Below, in pieces: positions 19,033-29,491 of a DNA stretch of 64,000 bases. The first letter of the stretch is position 1, and the number at the start of each line of letters is the position of its first letter. A program made the translations under genes and the position numbers. Below the pieces are notes generated by a model. The model had not been told where the DNA came from and searched no databases. It saw nothing but the letters and a program-made list of their open reading frames with translations. Source of the DNA: Actinomycetota bacterium (GTDB taxonomy: Bacteria > Actinomycetota > CADDZG01 > WHSQ01); contig JACCXF010000202.1 in assembly GCA_013697295.1 (NCBI GenBank), positions 4,027 through 68,026 of the forward strand, given 5' to 3'.

Positions 19033-19052
19033 GCGATCGTCTCGACGATCGC
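19033..19052. repeat. REP-like palindrome copy 2
   Basis: GCGATCGTCTCGACGATCGC, reverse complement of the copies at 16750 and 54402. Confidence 0.8.
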
Positions 19053-19067
19053 TGAGAAATAAATGAT

Positions 19068-19100
19068 CCGGCGCAGGCGTCATGCCTGCGCCGGTTCTTT
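19068..19100. terminator. Likely bidirectional intrinsic terminator
   Basis: CCGGCGCAGGC-GTCAT-GCCTGCGCCGG with TTCTTT on + and ATCATTTATTT on -; lies at the ligA end. Confidence 0.75.
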
Positions 19101-19106
19101 ATCGGG

Positions 19107-21137
<2,031 letters not shown>

Positions 21138-21884
21138 TCAGACGCGTTCCGCCAGCAGCATCATGCGCCGGCGGACGAACACGAAGTCCTCCCCCTCGCG
21201 CTCGAACCCCATCCCGGTGCGATCTCCGTGTTGCTCGACGAAGGCCCGCACCGCGTCGATCCGCTCCTGGGGGAACTCATCGCGCCACATCCAGCGTGAG
21301 AAGCGCTGCTGGTCCTCAACGATGCGCTCGTCGATGATCCGCAGTCCAGCAGCGCCCAGCATGATGCGCATCGCGGATGGGGGCCTGGACGCAGCGTGTG
21401 TCGGATCTCGGACCGTCTCGAGGTCGGTCGTCAGAGCAGCTTCTTCGTAGCGCTCCGAGGCGACCTGGTCGACCACCAGGATCCTGCCGGTGGGAGCGGC
21501 GACGCGGCGCATCTCCATGAGGACGGGCACGGGGCGGTGGAGGTGATGGAAGGTCTGTGCACTGGTGACCAGGTCGACGGATCCGGATGCGAAGGGCAAC
21601 GCGTAGCCATCGCCCACTACGAGGTCCAGTCCCTCGTGAACCTCGCCGGCGACGCGCAGCATCTCGTGGGTCAGGTCTACCCCAAGCAGGGACCCGGCGA
21701 GCTCGCGGAAGAGCGACAGGAAGTTCCCCGTCCCGGCCCCCACCTCCATGACGGAGGCGCCGGGGCGCACCTGAGAAAAAGCGACCACGTCCAGAGCGTC
21801 GAAACGCCCGGCCGTCCGGCGCGCGAAGGGTTCGGCGGCGCGACCGAACTCCTCCTGGATCTCAGCACGATGGGCGTCGTTCAC
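21138..21884 (-). CDS. Class I SAM-dependent methyltransferase
   Basis: MEVGAGTG, VDLT, LPF..GSVDLV. Confidence 0.85.
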   Translation of the reverse strand: MNDAHRAEIQEEFGRAAEPFARRTAGRFDALDVVAFSQVRPGASVMEVGAGTGNFLSLFRELAGSLLGVDLTHEMLRVAGEVHEGLDLVVGDGYALPFASGSVDLVTSAQTFHHLHRPVPVLMEMRRVAAPTGRILVVDQVASERYEEAALTTDLETVRDPTHAASRPPSAMRIMLGAAGLRIIDERIVEDQQRFSRWMWRDEFPQERIDAVRAFVEQHGDRTGMGFEREGEDFVFVRRRMMLLAERV

Positions 21885-21902
21885 GGCCGGTTCCTACCAG
21901 AA

Positions 21903-22451
21903 CTATTGGAGCCGCAGATGCCACGCGTAGGACGCGTCCCCCCCGGTGGACTCACCGTGCCACTCGACGAACGCATCGAGGTAGAAGTGTCCGGCGCGGT
22001 CCGGCAACCGGAAATGAGCCGCCCATCCGGTGATCCCTTCGCCCGGGGTGCGTTCCGGACGCCAGCGGTAGGCGACGTCGCGGCCGCGGCCGATCGGACT
22101 GCCGTTCCTCCGAATACGCGTCCAGCCATGCAGACTGAGGTCGCTGGGCGCCTGCTCCCAGTCGAACACGATCCTCGCCTTGTCCCCCACACCCGCGGGG
22201 GCGGCGCGAGGCCAGCCGTAGCCAGACGTATCCGCGCAGGTGTGCACGCCCCATTCCCCGTCGGTATAAGACCAGCAGTACGTGCCTAGATTGCCTCGTT
22301 GGGTTGCTTGCGGGCTCACGAGCCGCGCCGGCGGCGGCCGTCTACGTGAGGGGGCTTCGTCCGGCCCTGTTGGGGGGGCACCCCAGCTTGATGGGACGGC
22401 CACGAGCCCGGACAGCACGATGGCAGCGCAGATGATGGTCGTCTTCCGCAT
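21903..22451 (-). CDS. Secreted hypothetical protein
   Basis: AAGGAGG SD; N-terminal signal peptide; GTYCW...C motif. Confidence 0.65.
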   Translation of the reverse strand: MRKTTIICAAIVLSGLVAVPSSWGAPPTGPDEAPSRRRPPPARLVSPQATQRGNLGTYCWSYTDGEWGVHTCADTSGYGWPRAAPAGVGDKARIVFDWEQAPSDLSLHGWTRIRRNGSPIGRGRDVAYRWRPERTPGEGITGWAAHFRLPDRAGHFYLDAFVEWHGESTGGDASYAWHLRLQ

Positions 22452-22504
22452 AGCGCCTCCTTCGGATCCCCATTAGAGCGGAATCCCTTCGGTGCCGCTA
22501 TCCC

Positions 22505-23602
22505 TTAGGCGGCGGCGGTTGCGGACTCGGCGCTCGCGATGATGCCTCCACCCAGGAGCACGTCGGGCTCCTCGTGCGCATACAGGGCCGCCGACTGGCC
22601 GGGGGCCACGGCCTGGACGGGCGCCGCGTAGTGAAGCTCCATGTCGCCGCCACGCGGGTACCGCACCGTGGCCTCATTAATCTCTCCGTGGGCACGGTGT
22701 TGCACGAGAACACTGGCACCCGCGGCCGGGCGGCTCGACACCGCGCTCACCTCCGACAGGACGATCCGGCCCACCGCAAGATCGTCGCGCGACCCGACGG
22801 TGAGGGTGTTGCTCGCGGCATCGATGGAGGTGACGAACACCGGCTCCCCCAGCGAGATGCCGAGGCCTCTGCGCTGACCGACCGTGTAGCGGGCGATCCC
22901 TTGGTGCGTGCCGACGCTCACGCCGGAAGAATCGACGATGTCCCCGGCCGTCGCGGCATCCGGCACGTTCTCGTCGATGTAGCGACCGAGGTCGCCGTCC
23001 CGAACGAAACAGATCTCCTGCGAGTCGGGCTTGGAGGCCGTACGCAGACCGAGCTCGCTTGCGATGCGGCGAGTCTCCGTCTTCTCGAGCTCGCCCACGG
23101 GGAACAGGCAGTGCGCCAGCTGCTCCTGCGACAGCATCCACAGGACGTACGACTGGTCCTTGCGTTCGTCTACGCCACGAAGGAGCTGGAAGCCCGAAGG
23201 CTCCCGTCTCAAGCGGGCGTAGTGTCCGGTCGCCAGAACATCGGCTCCGAGCGATTCAGCCCTTTCGAGCAGGGCGTCGAACTTGATCCACTGGTTACAC
23301 CGGACGCAGGGATTGGGCGTGGTCCCATCGGCGTAAGAGCGATGGAAGTCGTCGATCACGGTGTCCTCGAAGCGCTCGGCGAAGTTGAGCACGTAGAACG
23401 GGATGTCGAGGGCGTCGGCCACTCGGCGAGCATCTGCGGCCGCTCCCACGTTGCAGCAACCGGAGTTGTTGTTCTCCGTCTCACCTCGCCACAGCTTGAG
23501 CATGATCCCGGTGACGTCATAGCCGCGCTCGACCAGCAGCGCTGCTGCGACGGACGAATCGACCCCGCCCGACATCGCGACAACAGCCTTCCTGCGCGTC
23601 AT
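22505..23602 (-). CDS. mnmA: tRNA 2-thiouridylase
   Basis: AMSGGVDS, NPCVRCN, ATGHYA, KDQSY, DSQEICF; ATGA overlap with iscS. Confidence 0.95.
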   Translation of the reverse strand: MTRRKAVVAMSGGVDSSVAAALLVERGYDVTGIMLKLWRGETENNNSGCCNVGAAADARRVADALDIPFYVLNFAERFEDTVIDDFHRSYADGTTPNPCVRCNQWIKFDALLERAESLGADVLATGHYARLRREPSGFQLLRGVDERKDQSYVLWMLSQEQLAHCLFPVGELEKTETRRIASELGLRTASKPDSQEICFVRDGDLGRYIDENVPDAATAGDIVDSSGVSVGTHQGIARYTVGQRRGLGISLGEPVFVTSIDAASNTLTVGSRDDLAVGRIVLSEVSAVSSRPAAGASVLVQHRAHGEINEATVRYPRGGDMELHYAAPVQAVAPGQSAALYAHEEPDVLLGGGIIASAESATAAA

Positions 23603-24744
23603 GCAGCCGCCCGAGCCTTGCGAACGAGCTCCGGCAGGATCGAGAGGACGACGTCGACATCGTCCTCGGACGAACCCCGCCCGAGGGTGAAACGCAGGCT
23701 TCCGGACGCGAGCTCGCGAGGAACGCCCAAGGCCAGCAGAACGTGCGAGGGATCGACCGCTCCCGACTGACACGCCGATCCCGACGAGCAGGCGATGCCG
23801 GCCTGATCGAGCAGCAACAGAAGGGTCTCGCCCTCGGTGCCTGGGATCGAGACGTTGAGGTTCCCGGGAACCCGTCGATCGAGATCGCCGTTGAGGCGCG
23901 CGTCGGGGATCGTCGCAGATATCCCGTCTAGCAGTTTCGTTCTCAGTGCCAGTAGGCGCTCGGCGCTCTCGTGAACCTCCTTCGCCGCGACCTCGGCCGC
24001 TATGCCGAATGCAGCGACGCCTGGGACGTTGATCGTTCCCGACCTGAGGCCTCGTTCATGACCCCCGCCGTGGATGACGGCCTCGACTGGAACGGACGAG
24101 CGCACGAAAAGTGCACCAACGCCCTTCGGCCCGCCGACCTTATGGGCGGCGAAAGCCGCTAGGTCCACGCCCCAGGCGTGCACGTCTACTGGGATCTTGC
24201 CGAGAGCCTGGACGGCGTCGGTGTGAACGAGGGTGTTCGGGTTAGCCGCCTTGACCGCGTGGACGATGTCGCTCACCGGCTGGACGGTCCCCACCTCGTT
24301 GTTCACGGCCATCACAGACACCAGCAACGTGGACGGTTGCACCGCGGCCCCCACAGCCGCCGGATCGACCACGCCGCTCTCGGGGACGGGAAGAACCGTC
24401 GTTTCGAACCCCTGGCCACGGAGCCATTCGAACGAATCCAGCACGGCGTGATGCTCGAAAGAAGTGGTGATGACGTGGTTCCCGTTGCCTCGCAGCTTGT
24501 GTGAGGCGCCCTTGATGGCGAGGTTGTCGGCCTCGGTGCCCCCGCCCGTGAAGACGATCTCGGCCGGGCTGGCCCCGATGGCCGCTGCAACACGATCCCG
24601 AGCGTCCTCGACGCCCTGGCGCGCCTTCCGCCCAAAGCCGTGCACTGAAGATGGATTGCCGAAATCCTCCGAAAGCCAAGCCATCATGGCCTCCCGAGCC
24701 TCAGGTATCACGGGCGTGGTAGCCGAATAATCGAGATATCGCAT
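23599..24744 (-). CDS. iscS: Cysteine desulfurase (IscS/NifS family)
   Basis: YLDYSATT, GNPSS.H, HTDAVQ, AHKVGGPKG, SSGSAC. Confidence 0.92.
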   Translation of the reverse strand: MRYLDYSATTPVIPEAREAMMAWLSEDFGNPSSVHGFGRKARQGVEDARDRVAAAIGASPAEIVFTGGGTEADNLAIKGASHKLRGNGNHVITTSFEHHAVLDSFEWLRGQGFETTVLPVPESGVVDPAAVGAAVQPSTLLVSVMAVNNEVGTVQPVSDIVHAVKAANPNTLVHTDAVQALGKIPVDVHAWGVDLAAFAAHKVGGPKGVGALFVRSSVPVEAVIHGGGHERGLRSGTINVPGVAAFGIAAEVAAKEVHESAERLLALRTKLLDGISATIPDARLNGDLDRRVPGNLNVSIPGTEGETLLLLLDQAGIACSSGSACQSGAVDPSHVLLALGVPRELASGSLRFTLGRGSSEDDVDVVLSILPELVRKARAAA

Positions 24745-24813
24745 CCCCCCAGGATAAGGGGGAAAAGGTGGCTGTCGCTCGTTCAACGAAGGTTAGTCCT
24801 TCGGCTCTTCGCT

Positions 24814-25030
24814 TTCGGGGGGACGTCGTGCCGGAGTGGGCGACTAAAAAGCGGTGTGGAGTCCCCGGAGGTGCGACGTCCCCCCGAACCCGGAGGTGCG
24901 ACATCTCCCCGCACCGGAACCGCAACTCAGCCATCCGGGGTTGGAGGTCGGGAGACGTCGTGCCGGAGGGGCGACTAAAAAGGGTCTGGAGTCCCCGGAG
25001 GTGCGGCGTCTCCCGCACCGGAACCGCGAC
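24814..25030. repeat. Tandem hairpin repeat (2 full units plus a partial unit)
   Basis: Unit 1 24814-24888 has perfect 15-bp terminal IRs; unit 2 is 24949-25015; the tail CCCGCACCGGAACCGC occurs twice. Confidence 0.8.
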
Positions 25031-25408
25031 CTAGTTGTTGGGGGTGTCCTTGTCGGGCTCGGAGAAGCGGCGTTCGAGATCCTCGAAGGTCTTGTCGAGC
25101 GCCTCGGGGTCGGGTTTCCGCCCGCTCTCGAAGTCCACCATCCGTTGGGGATAACCGATCACCTGTGCATCGTAGACAGGGATGCCGAGGCGCTCGCAGA
25201 ACGCCGCTCCATCCTGCGGCTCGCGCACCGGAGCCCGTGCGGAATCGCCCACGCGATCCACGAGCAACAGGGTCGTCGGTTGCGTAGCGGTGCGCGGCTC
25301 GATGTAGCCCTCGACGCCCTTGCGGTCGCGGGCAAAAGACTCGAGCGCCTCGAGCTGAGGGTTGCGCTTCTGACTGAAGAAGTTGCGGAGCCAGTCTCCG
25401 AAGGACAC
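25031..25408 (-). CDS. Conserved actinobacterial hypothetical protein
   Basis: GVEGYIEPRT...LGIPVYD...GYPQRM pattern; starts 2 nt after the etfA stop. Confidence 0.7.
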   Translation of the reverse strand: MSFGDWLRNFFSQKRNPQLEALESFARDRKGVEGYIEPRTATQPTTLLLVDRVGDSARAPVREPQDGAAFCERLGIPVYDAQVIGYPQRMVDFESGRKPDPEALDKTFEDLERRFSEPDKDTPNN

Positions 25409-25410
25409 CT

Positions 25411-26367
25411 CTACCCCTTGCGGGTCTTTATCTCCTCGATCAGCTGCGGCAAGATCTTCAAAGCATCACCCACGATCCCGAGATCGGCGATCTGGAAGAT
25501 CGGGGCGTCCTCGTCCTTGTTGACGGCGATGATCGTCTTGGCGCCCTTCATACCCACGATGTGTTGGGTCGCCCCGCTGATCCCGAAGGCGATGTAGACG
25601 CCCGGCTTCACAGTGGTGCCCGTCTGTCCGATCTGATAGGCGTAGGGCACCCATCCGGCGTCGACCACCGCGCGGGTCGCACCCACGGCCGCGTTGCCGA
25701 TGGCTCCGGCGAGCTGGTCGAGCAATTCGAAGTTGGACGCATCCTGGAGTCCGCGACCGCCGGAAATGACGATCGGCGCCTCCTCGAGCTTGGGGCCACT
25801 GGCCTGCTCCTCGTGGCGCTCGACGCGCTTCGCCTTCTTCAGATCATCCGGGATGTCGACCTCAACGGGCATGACGTTGGCCTCGCCCCCGGAAGCCTCC
25901 GGTTCGAACGATTTCGGCCTGACGAGAGCGATCTTGGGCGTGCCCTCGAGGGCAACGTCCACGACCGTGGCCCCGCCAAAGATGGTGGTGCGCGCCTTGT
26001 CGGTGCCGAGGATGTCGAAACAGTTGCTCATCAGGGTCGATCCGGTTCGCGCCGACAAGCGCCCCGCTATATCGCGGGAGTCGTAGTTGGTCGCGAACAG
26101 GATCAGTTCGGGGGCGTGCTCCTTGACGAGCTCGTGCAGAGCATGAGCCGCCGGTTGTGCGACGTAGTCCGCGTAGACCTCGTCGTCGCTCGCGTAGACG
26201 GTCGTCGCGCCGTACTGCCCAAGCTCCTTGGCGGCATCCGTCGAGCCCGGACCGAGAGCAACCGCCTCGACCTCGCCGCCGAGCTCCCGAGCCTTCGTTA
26301 GGATCTCGAGCGCGGCGGTATCGACCTTGCCGTTGTTCACCTCTGCGAACACCCAGATCTTCGCCAC
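25411..26367 (-). CDS. etfA: Electron transfer flavoprotein alpha
   Basis: SGGRG, GATRAVVDAGW, QIGQTG, GISGATQH, NKD. Confidence 0.95.
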   Translation of the reverse strand: MAKIWVFAEVNNGKVDTAALEILTKARELGGEVEAVALGPGSTDAAKELGQYGATTVYASDDEVYADYVAQPAAHALHELVKEHAPELILFATNYDSRDIAGRLSARTGSTLMSNCFDILGTDKARTTIFGGATVVDVALEGTPKIALVRPKSFEPEASGGEANVMPVEVDIPDDLKKAKRVERHEEQASGPKLEEAPIVISGGRGLQDASNFELLDQLAGAIGNAAVGATRAVVDAGWVPYAYQIGQTGTTVKPGVYIAFGISGATQHIVGMKGAKTIIAVNKDEDAPIFQIADLGIVGDALKILPQLIEEIKTRKG

Positions 26368-27132
26368 CTAGATCACCTTCGCTTCTTTGAGGTAGTCCGC
26401 GATCTTCGCGGCCCCCGAGCCATCGTCCTCGATCACCTCTCCGGCCTTGCGCTCCTCAGCCTGTGAGATGTCAACGATGTTCTGCGCGACCTTTACGTCA
26501 TCCGCTGAGAGACCGAGGTCCGCGACCGAGAGCTCCTCGACCGGCTTCTTCTTCGCCGCCATGATGCCCTTGAACGACGCGTAGCGAGGCTCGTTCACGC
26601 CGGCCGTGACCGTGATCAGCGCGGGCAGAGAGCACTCCACGACCTGGTAGCCGTCCACCGTCTGGCGGTGCACTTTCAGTGCGTCTCCGGTTGCCTCGAT
26701 GGCGTTCGTAAAGGTCAGTTGGGGCACACCCAGGAGCTCGGCGAGGGTCGAGGGCATCGTGCCGGTGTAGCCGTCGGTGGACTCGACCCCTGCGATGACA
26801 AGATCGAAATCGGTGCGCTTGATCGCGGCCGCCAGGACTCGGGCGGTGATCAGGGCGTCCGCCCCCTGTAGGGAGTCGTCGCTCACCAGCACTCCCTTGT
26901 CCGCCCCCATCGACAGACCTCTGCGGATCCCCTCCAACGCCTGCGGTGGACCCATCGAAACGAGCGTGACCTCGCCCTCGTGGGCCTGTTTGAGCTGAAG
27001 GGCCGTTTCTACGCCGAACTCGTCGCCGGGGTCGAGGGTCCCTTGGACGCCCTCACGCTTGAGCCGCTGGCCGTCCAGCTCGCCCGGGAGATTGGGATCG
27101 GGGATGTGTTTCACGCATACCGCGATGTTCAA
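26368..27132 (-). CDS. etfB: Electron transfer flavoprotein beta
   Basis: VCVKHIPD, MGAD, G.ESTDG.TG, NEPRY. Confidence 0.95.
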   Translation of the reverse strand: MNIAVCVKHIPDPNLPGELDGQRLKREGVQGTLDPGDEFGVETALQLKQAHEGEVTLVSMGPPQALEGIRRGLSMGADKGVLVSDDSLQGADALITARVLAAAIKRTDFDLVIAGVESTDGYTGTMPSTLAELLGVPQLTFTNAIEATGDALKVHRQTVDGYQVVECSLPALITVTAGVNEPRYASFKGIMAAKKKPVEELSVADLGLSADDVKVAQNIVDISQAEERKAGEVIEDDGSGAAKIADYLKEAKVI

Positions 27133-27215
27133 GCCGAGCCTCCTAGTCGTCGCCGCCTGGGCCGTTCAATCCGCTTTGCTAGCTATTGCAAGCACTCTAC
27201 CCGACCCCCGCTCCG

Positions 27216-27998
27216 CTAACGCCCGGTGAAATCGGCCTTGCCCGGGCCCTGCTCGACGAAGGACTTCATGCCGATCTTCTGGTCCTCGCTGGCGAAGAGG
27301 GCGGCGAACGCCTGGCGCTCGATCAGCAAGCCGCTGGCGATGTCGGTCTCGATGCCACCCTGGATCGCTTGCTTGGCCGCCGCGAGAGCGACGGAGGGAC
27401 CCCGTGCGTAACGGCCGGCCAGCTTGGTGGCGGCGTCGAGCACGTCGGCCGCCGGTACGACGCGATCCACCAGCCCGATGCGCAACGCCTCCTCGGCGTC
27501 AACCATGCGGCCCGAGAAGATGATGTCCTTCGCGCGTCCGACACCGATCAGGCGAGGCATGCGCTGGGTACCTCCGGCACCCGGGATCACTCCGAGCTGG
27601 ATCTCCGGCTGGCCGAGCTTGGCGTCCTCTGCGCACACGCGGAAGTCACACGCCAGTGACAGCTCGCAGCCGCCTCCGAGGGCGTACCCGTTGACCGCTG
27701 CGATCGTGACCACCGGAAGGCGTTCCAGCCGGGTGAACACATCCTGGAACTCGCCGATGTAGCGGTACATGGAGACCGCATCGAGATCCGCCATCTCCTT
27801 GATGTCGGCGCCGGCGGCGAAGACCCGTTCACCCCCGTAGACCACCACGGCTTTGACCCTTTCATCTCGGCGAGCGGCATCCACCGCTCCTGCGATTTCG
27901 CGCGCGACCTGCGCGTTCAGCGCGTTCACCTTGGGCCGGTCGAGGCGGATCGTACCGACGCCGGCGGCGGACACCTCCAGATTCACGAATTCACCCAC
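27216..27998 (-). CDS. Enoyl-CoA hydratase/isomerase (crotonase)
   Basis: FAAGADIKE, GGGCEL, GQPEI.LG.IPGAGGTQR. Confidence 0.92.
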   Translation of the reverse strand: MGEFVNLEVSAAGVGTIRLDRPKVNALNAQVAREIAGAVDAARRDERVKAVVVYGGERVFAAGADIKEMADLDAVSMYRYIGEFQDVFTRLERLPVVTIAAVNGYALGGGCELSLACDFRVCAEDAKLGQPEIQLGVIPGAGGTQRMPRLIGVGRAKDIIFSGRMVDAEEALRIGLVDRVVPAADVLDAATKLAGRYARGPSVALAAAKQAIQGGIETDIASGLLIERQAFAALFASEDQKIGMKSFVEQGPGKADFTGR

Positions 27999-28074
27999 GA
28001 CGACCTCCCTGGTCTGCGACGGATACCTCTGAGACAGTTCGGAATAGCCAAAGCGTAAAGCTACGATGCCGCGT

Positions 28075-28704
28075 ATGCCGGACGACTTCGAGCACCGACT
28101 GCGCGAGGAGCTGAACTCCCTCGAGCCTCGCTCCGTTCAGGTGGAGGGAACGCGCGACGCGGCCGTCCTCATCCCGATCGTGCGGGTGCCCGAGCCGACA
28201 TTGATCTTCACCCGCCGGACCGACACGCTCAGTAGCCACAGGGGGCAGATCTCGTTCCCGGGGGGTTCGATAGACCCGGACGACGCGAACCCAGCTGCCG
28301 CTGCATTGCGAGAGTCACAAGAGGAGATCGGACTGGACCCGCAGGCGGTGTCCGTCGTCGGATGCCTCGACGATCTGGAGACCTTCGTATCCGGATTCGT
28401 GGTGACGCCGGTGGTCGGATGGTTGGACGAGCGACCAGAGCTCACCCCGAATCCGATAGAGGTCGCGGAGATCATCGAAGCGCCGCTCGCGGATCTGACG
28501 GACGAGATCCGGCGGGAACCGGGCTTCTTGCACCGCGACCGGCGCTATCCGACCGAGGCGTGGGTGTGGACCGACCACGTAATCTGGGGAGTCACCGCCC
28601 GGATCCTCCGGCTCTTCATGGAGCGCTTGGCTCACGCGGGACTGGTCGAACCTCCCGGCGAGACGTCGTTCGTGTGGCCCGACGAGAACCCACTCAAGAG
28701 ATGA
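28075..28704 (+). CDS. CoA pyrophosphatase (NudL-like Nudix)
   Basis: FTRR...L..H.GQISFPGG, AALRESQEEIG, IWGVTA; leaderless ATG 7 nt after TACGAT (alternative start 28066). Confidence 0.88.
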   Translation: MPDDFEHRLREELNSLEPRSVQVEGTRDAAVLIPIVRVPEPTLIFTRRTDTLSSHRGQISFPGGSIDPDDANPAAAALRESQEEIGLDPQAVSVVGCLDDLETFVSGFVVTPVVGWLDERPELTPNPIEVAEIIEAPLADLTDEIRREPGFLHRDRRYPTEAWVWTDHVIWGVTARILRLFMERLAHAGLVEPPGETSFVWPDENPLKR

Positions 28705-28895
28705 CGACTTCGATACCCGTCGTCGAGTTCGTGGCCCAGCCCGGCTCCACCGCGCCCGCGTCGCCCACCCCGACCTCGCTGCAGGCCCCCCCGGCGGAAC
28801 CGCTGGAGATCGCCGGAGCCATCCTCGCGATCGCTCTCGCCCTCGCAGCCGCGATCCTCGGCTACCGGATCATCCGAGGCGGCCGCGGCCTCTAG
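28701..28895 (+). CDS. Small single-pass membrane protein (64 aa)
   Basis: ATGA overlap with the Nudix stop; Pro/Thr-rich N-terminus, TM helix, basic tail. Confidence 0.6.
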   Translation: MTTSIPVVEFVAQPGSTAPASPTPTSLQAPPAEPLEIAGAILAIALALAAAILGYRIIRGGRGL

Positions 28896-28907
28896 TTCTC
28901 AACTCCA

Positions 28908-29393
28908 TCAGGAGCAGTAGCCACCCGGCGGATCGGGTTCACAGATGGCACTGTCTAGAACGTCCAGCATCTTGGTGGTCTGCCTCTTCCTCGGCAGATC
29001 GAAGAATGTGTACCTCACGTCGTCGTAGATGAGGTCGTACTGGAAACAGTCCATGCATCCCAAGCCCGACTGCGGTTCCTCGTCCAGGCTCGTTACGGCT
29101 TCAGGAAGGAGGCGCTCCAGCTGCTCGAGGGTCTCGGGCGCGAGTGCGTACTCGATCGTCTTGGCATCGTCGGCGCCCCCCCCCGTGGTCAGCTCGGCCT
29201 CGCCATCCGAGTACACGAGCAGGTGCTGCGTGATCCCTGTGAAACCACCGCTCCGCGTGAAGTCCACGAGGACGAAGGAATCCTGTGGTGCGCTCCCCGG
29301 GTCATCCCCAGCATCGATCAGGTAGAAGGCACCGGCCGCTGCGGCCGCGATCGCGACTACGAACACGGCGAGACCGACGATCTTGCGGCTCAT
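28908..29393 (-). CDS. Membrane-anchored exported protein, emfourin (protealysin inhibitor)-like
   Basis: N-terminal TM; FTRSGGFTG and D.FQY motifs resemble the emfourin RSGGFAG...DRFQY pattern. Confidence 0.5.
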   Translation of the reverse strand: MSRKIVGLAVFVVAIAAAAAGAFYLIDAGDDPGSAPQDSFVLVDFTRSGGFTGITQHLLVYSDGEAELTTGGGADDAKTIEYALAPETLEQLERLLPEAVTSLDEEPQSGLGCMDCFQYDLIYDDVRYTFFDLPRKRQTTKMLDVLDSAICEPDPPGGYCS

Positions 29394-29491
29394 GCTGGTT
29401 TCGACGATCCGAGGCTAAGCCGGGCTCCACGGCTCCTTATGCGGACCCAGCCCAGGCGCTCGCTCGGTCGCACCGTCTCGCGGGTCATCGG

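Noticed and set aside
24814..25030. Possible CRISPR array
   Set aside because: Only two long units with conserved interiors, no unique spacers and no cas genes.
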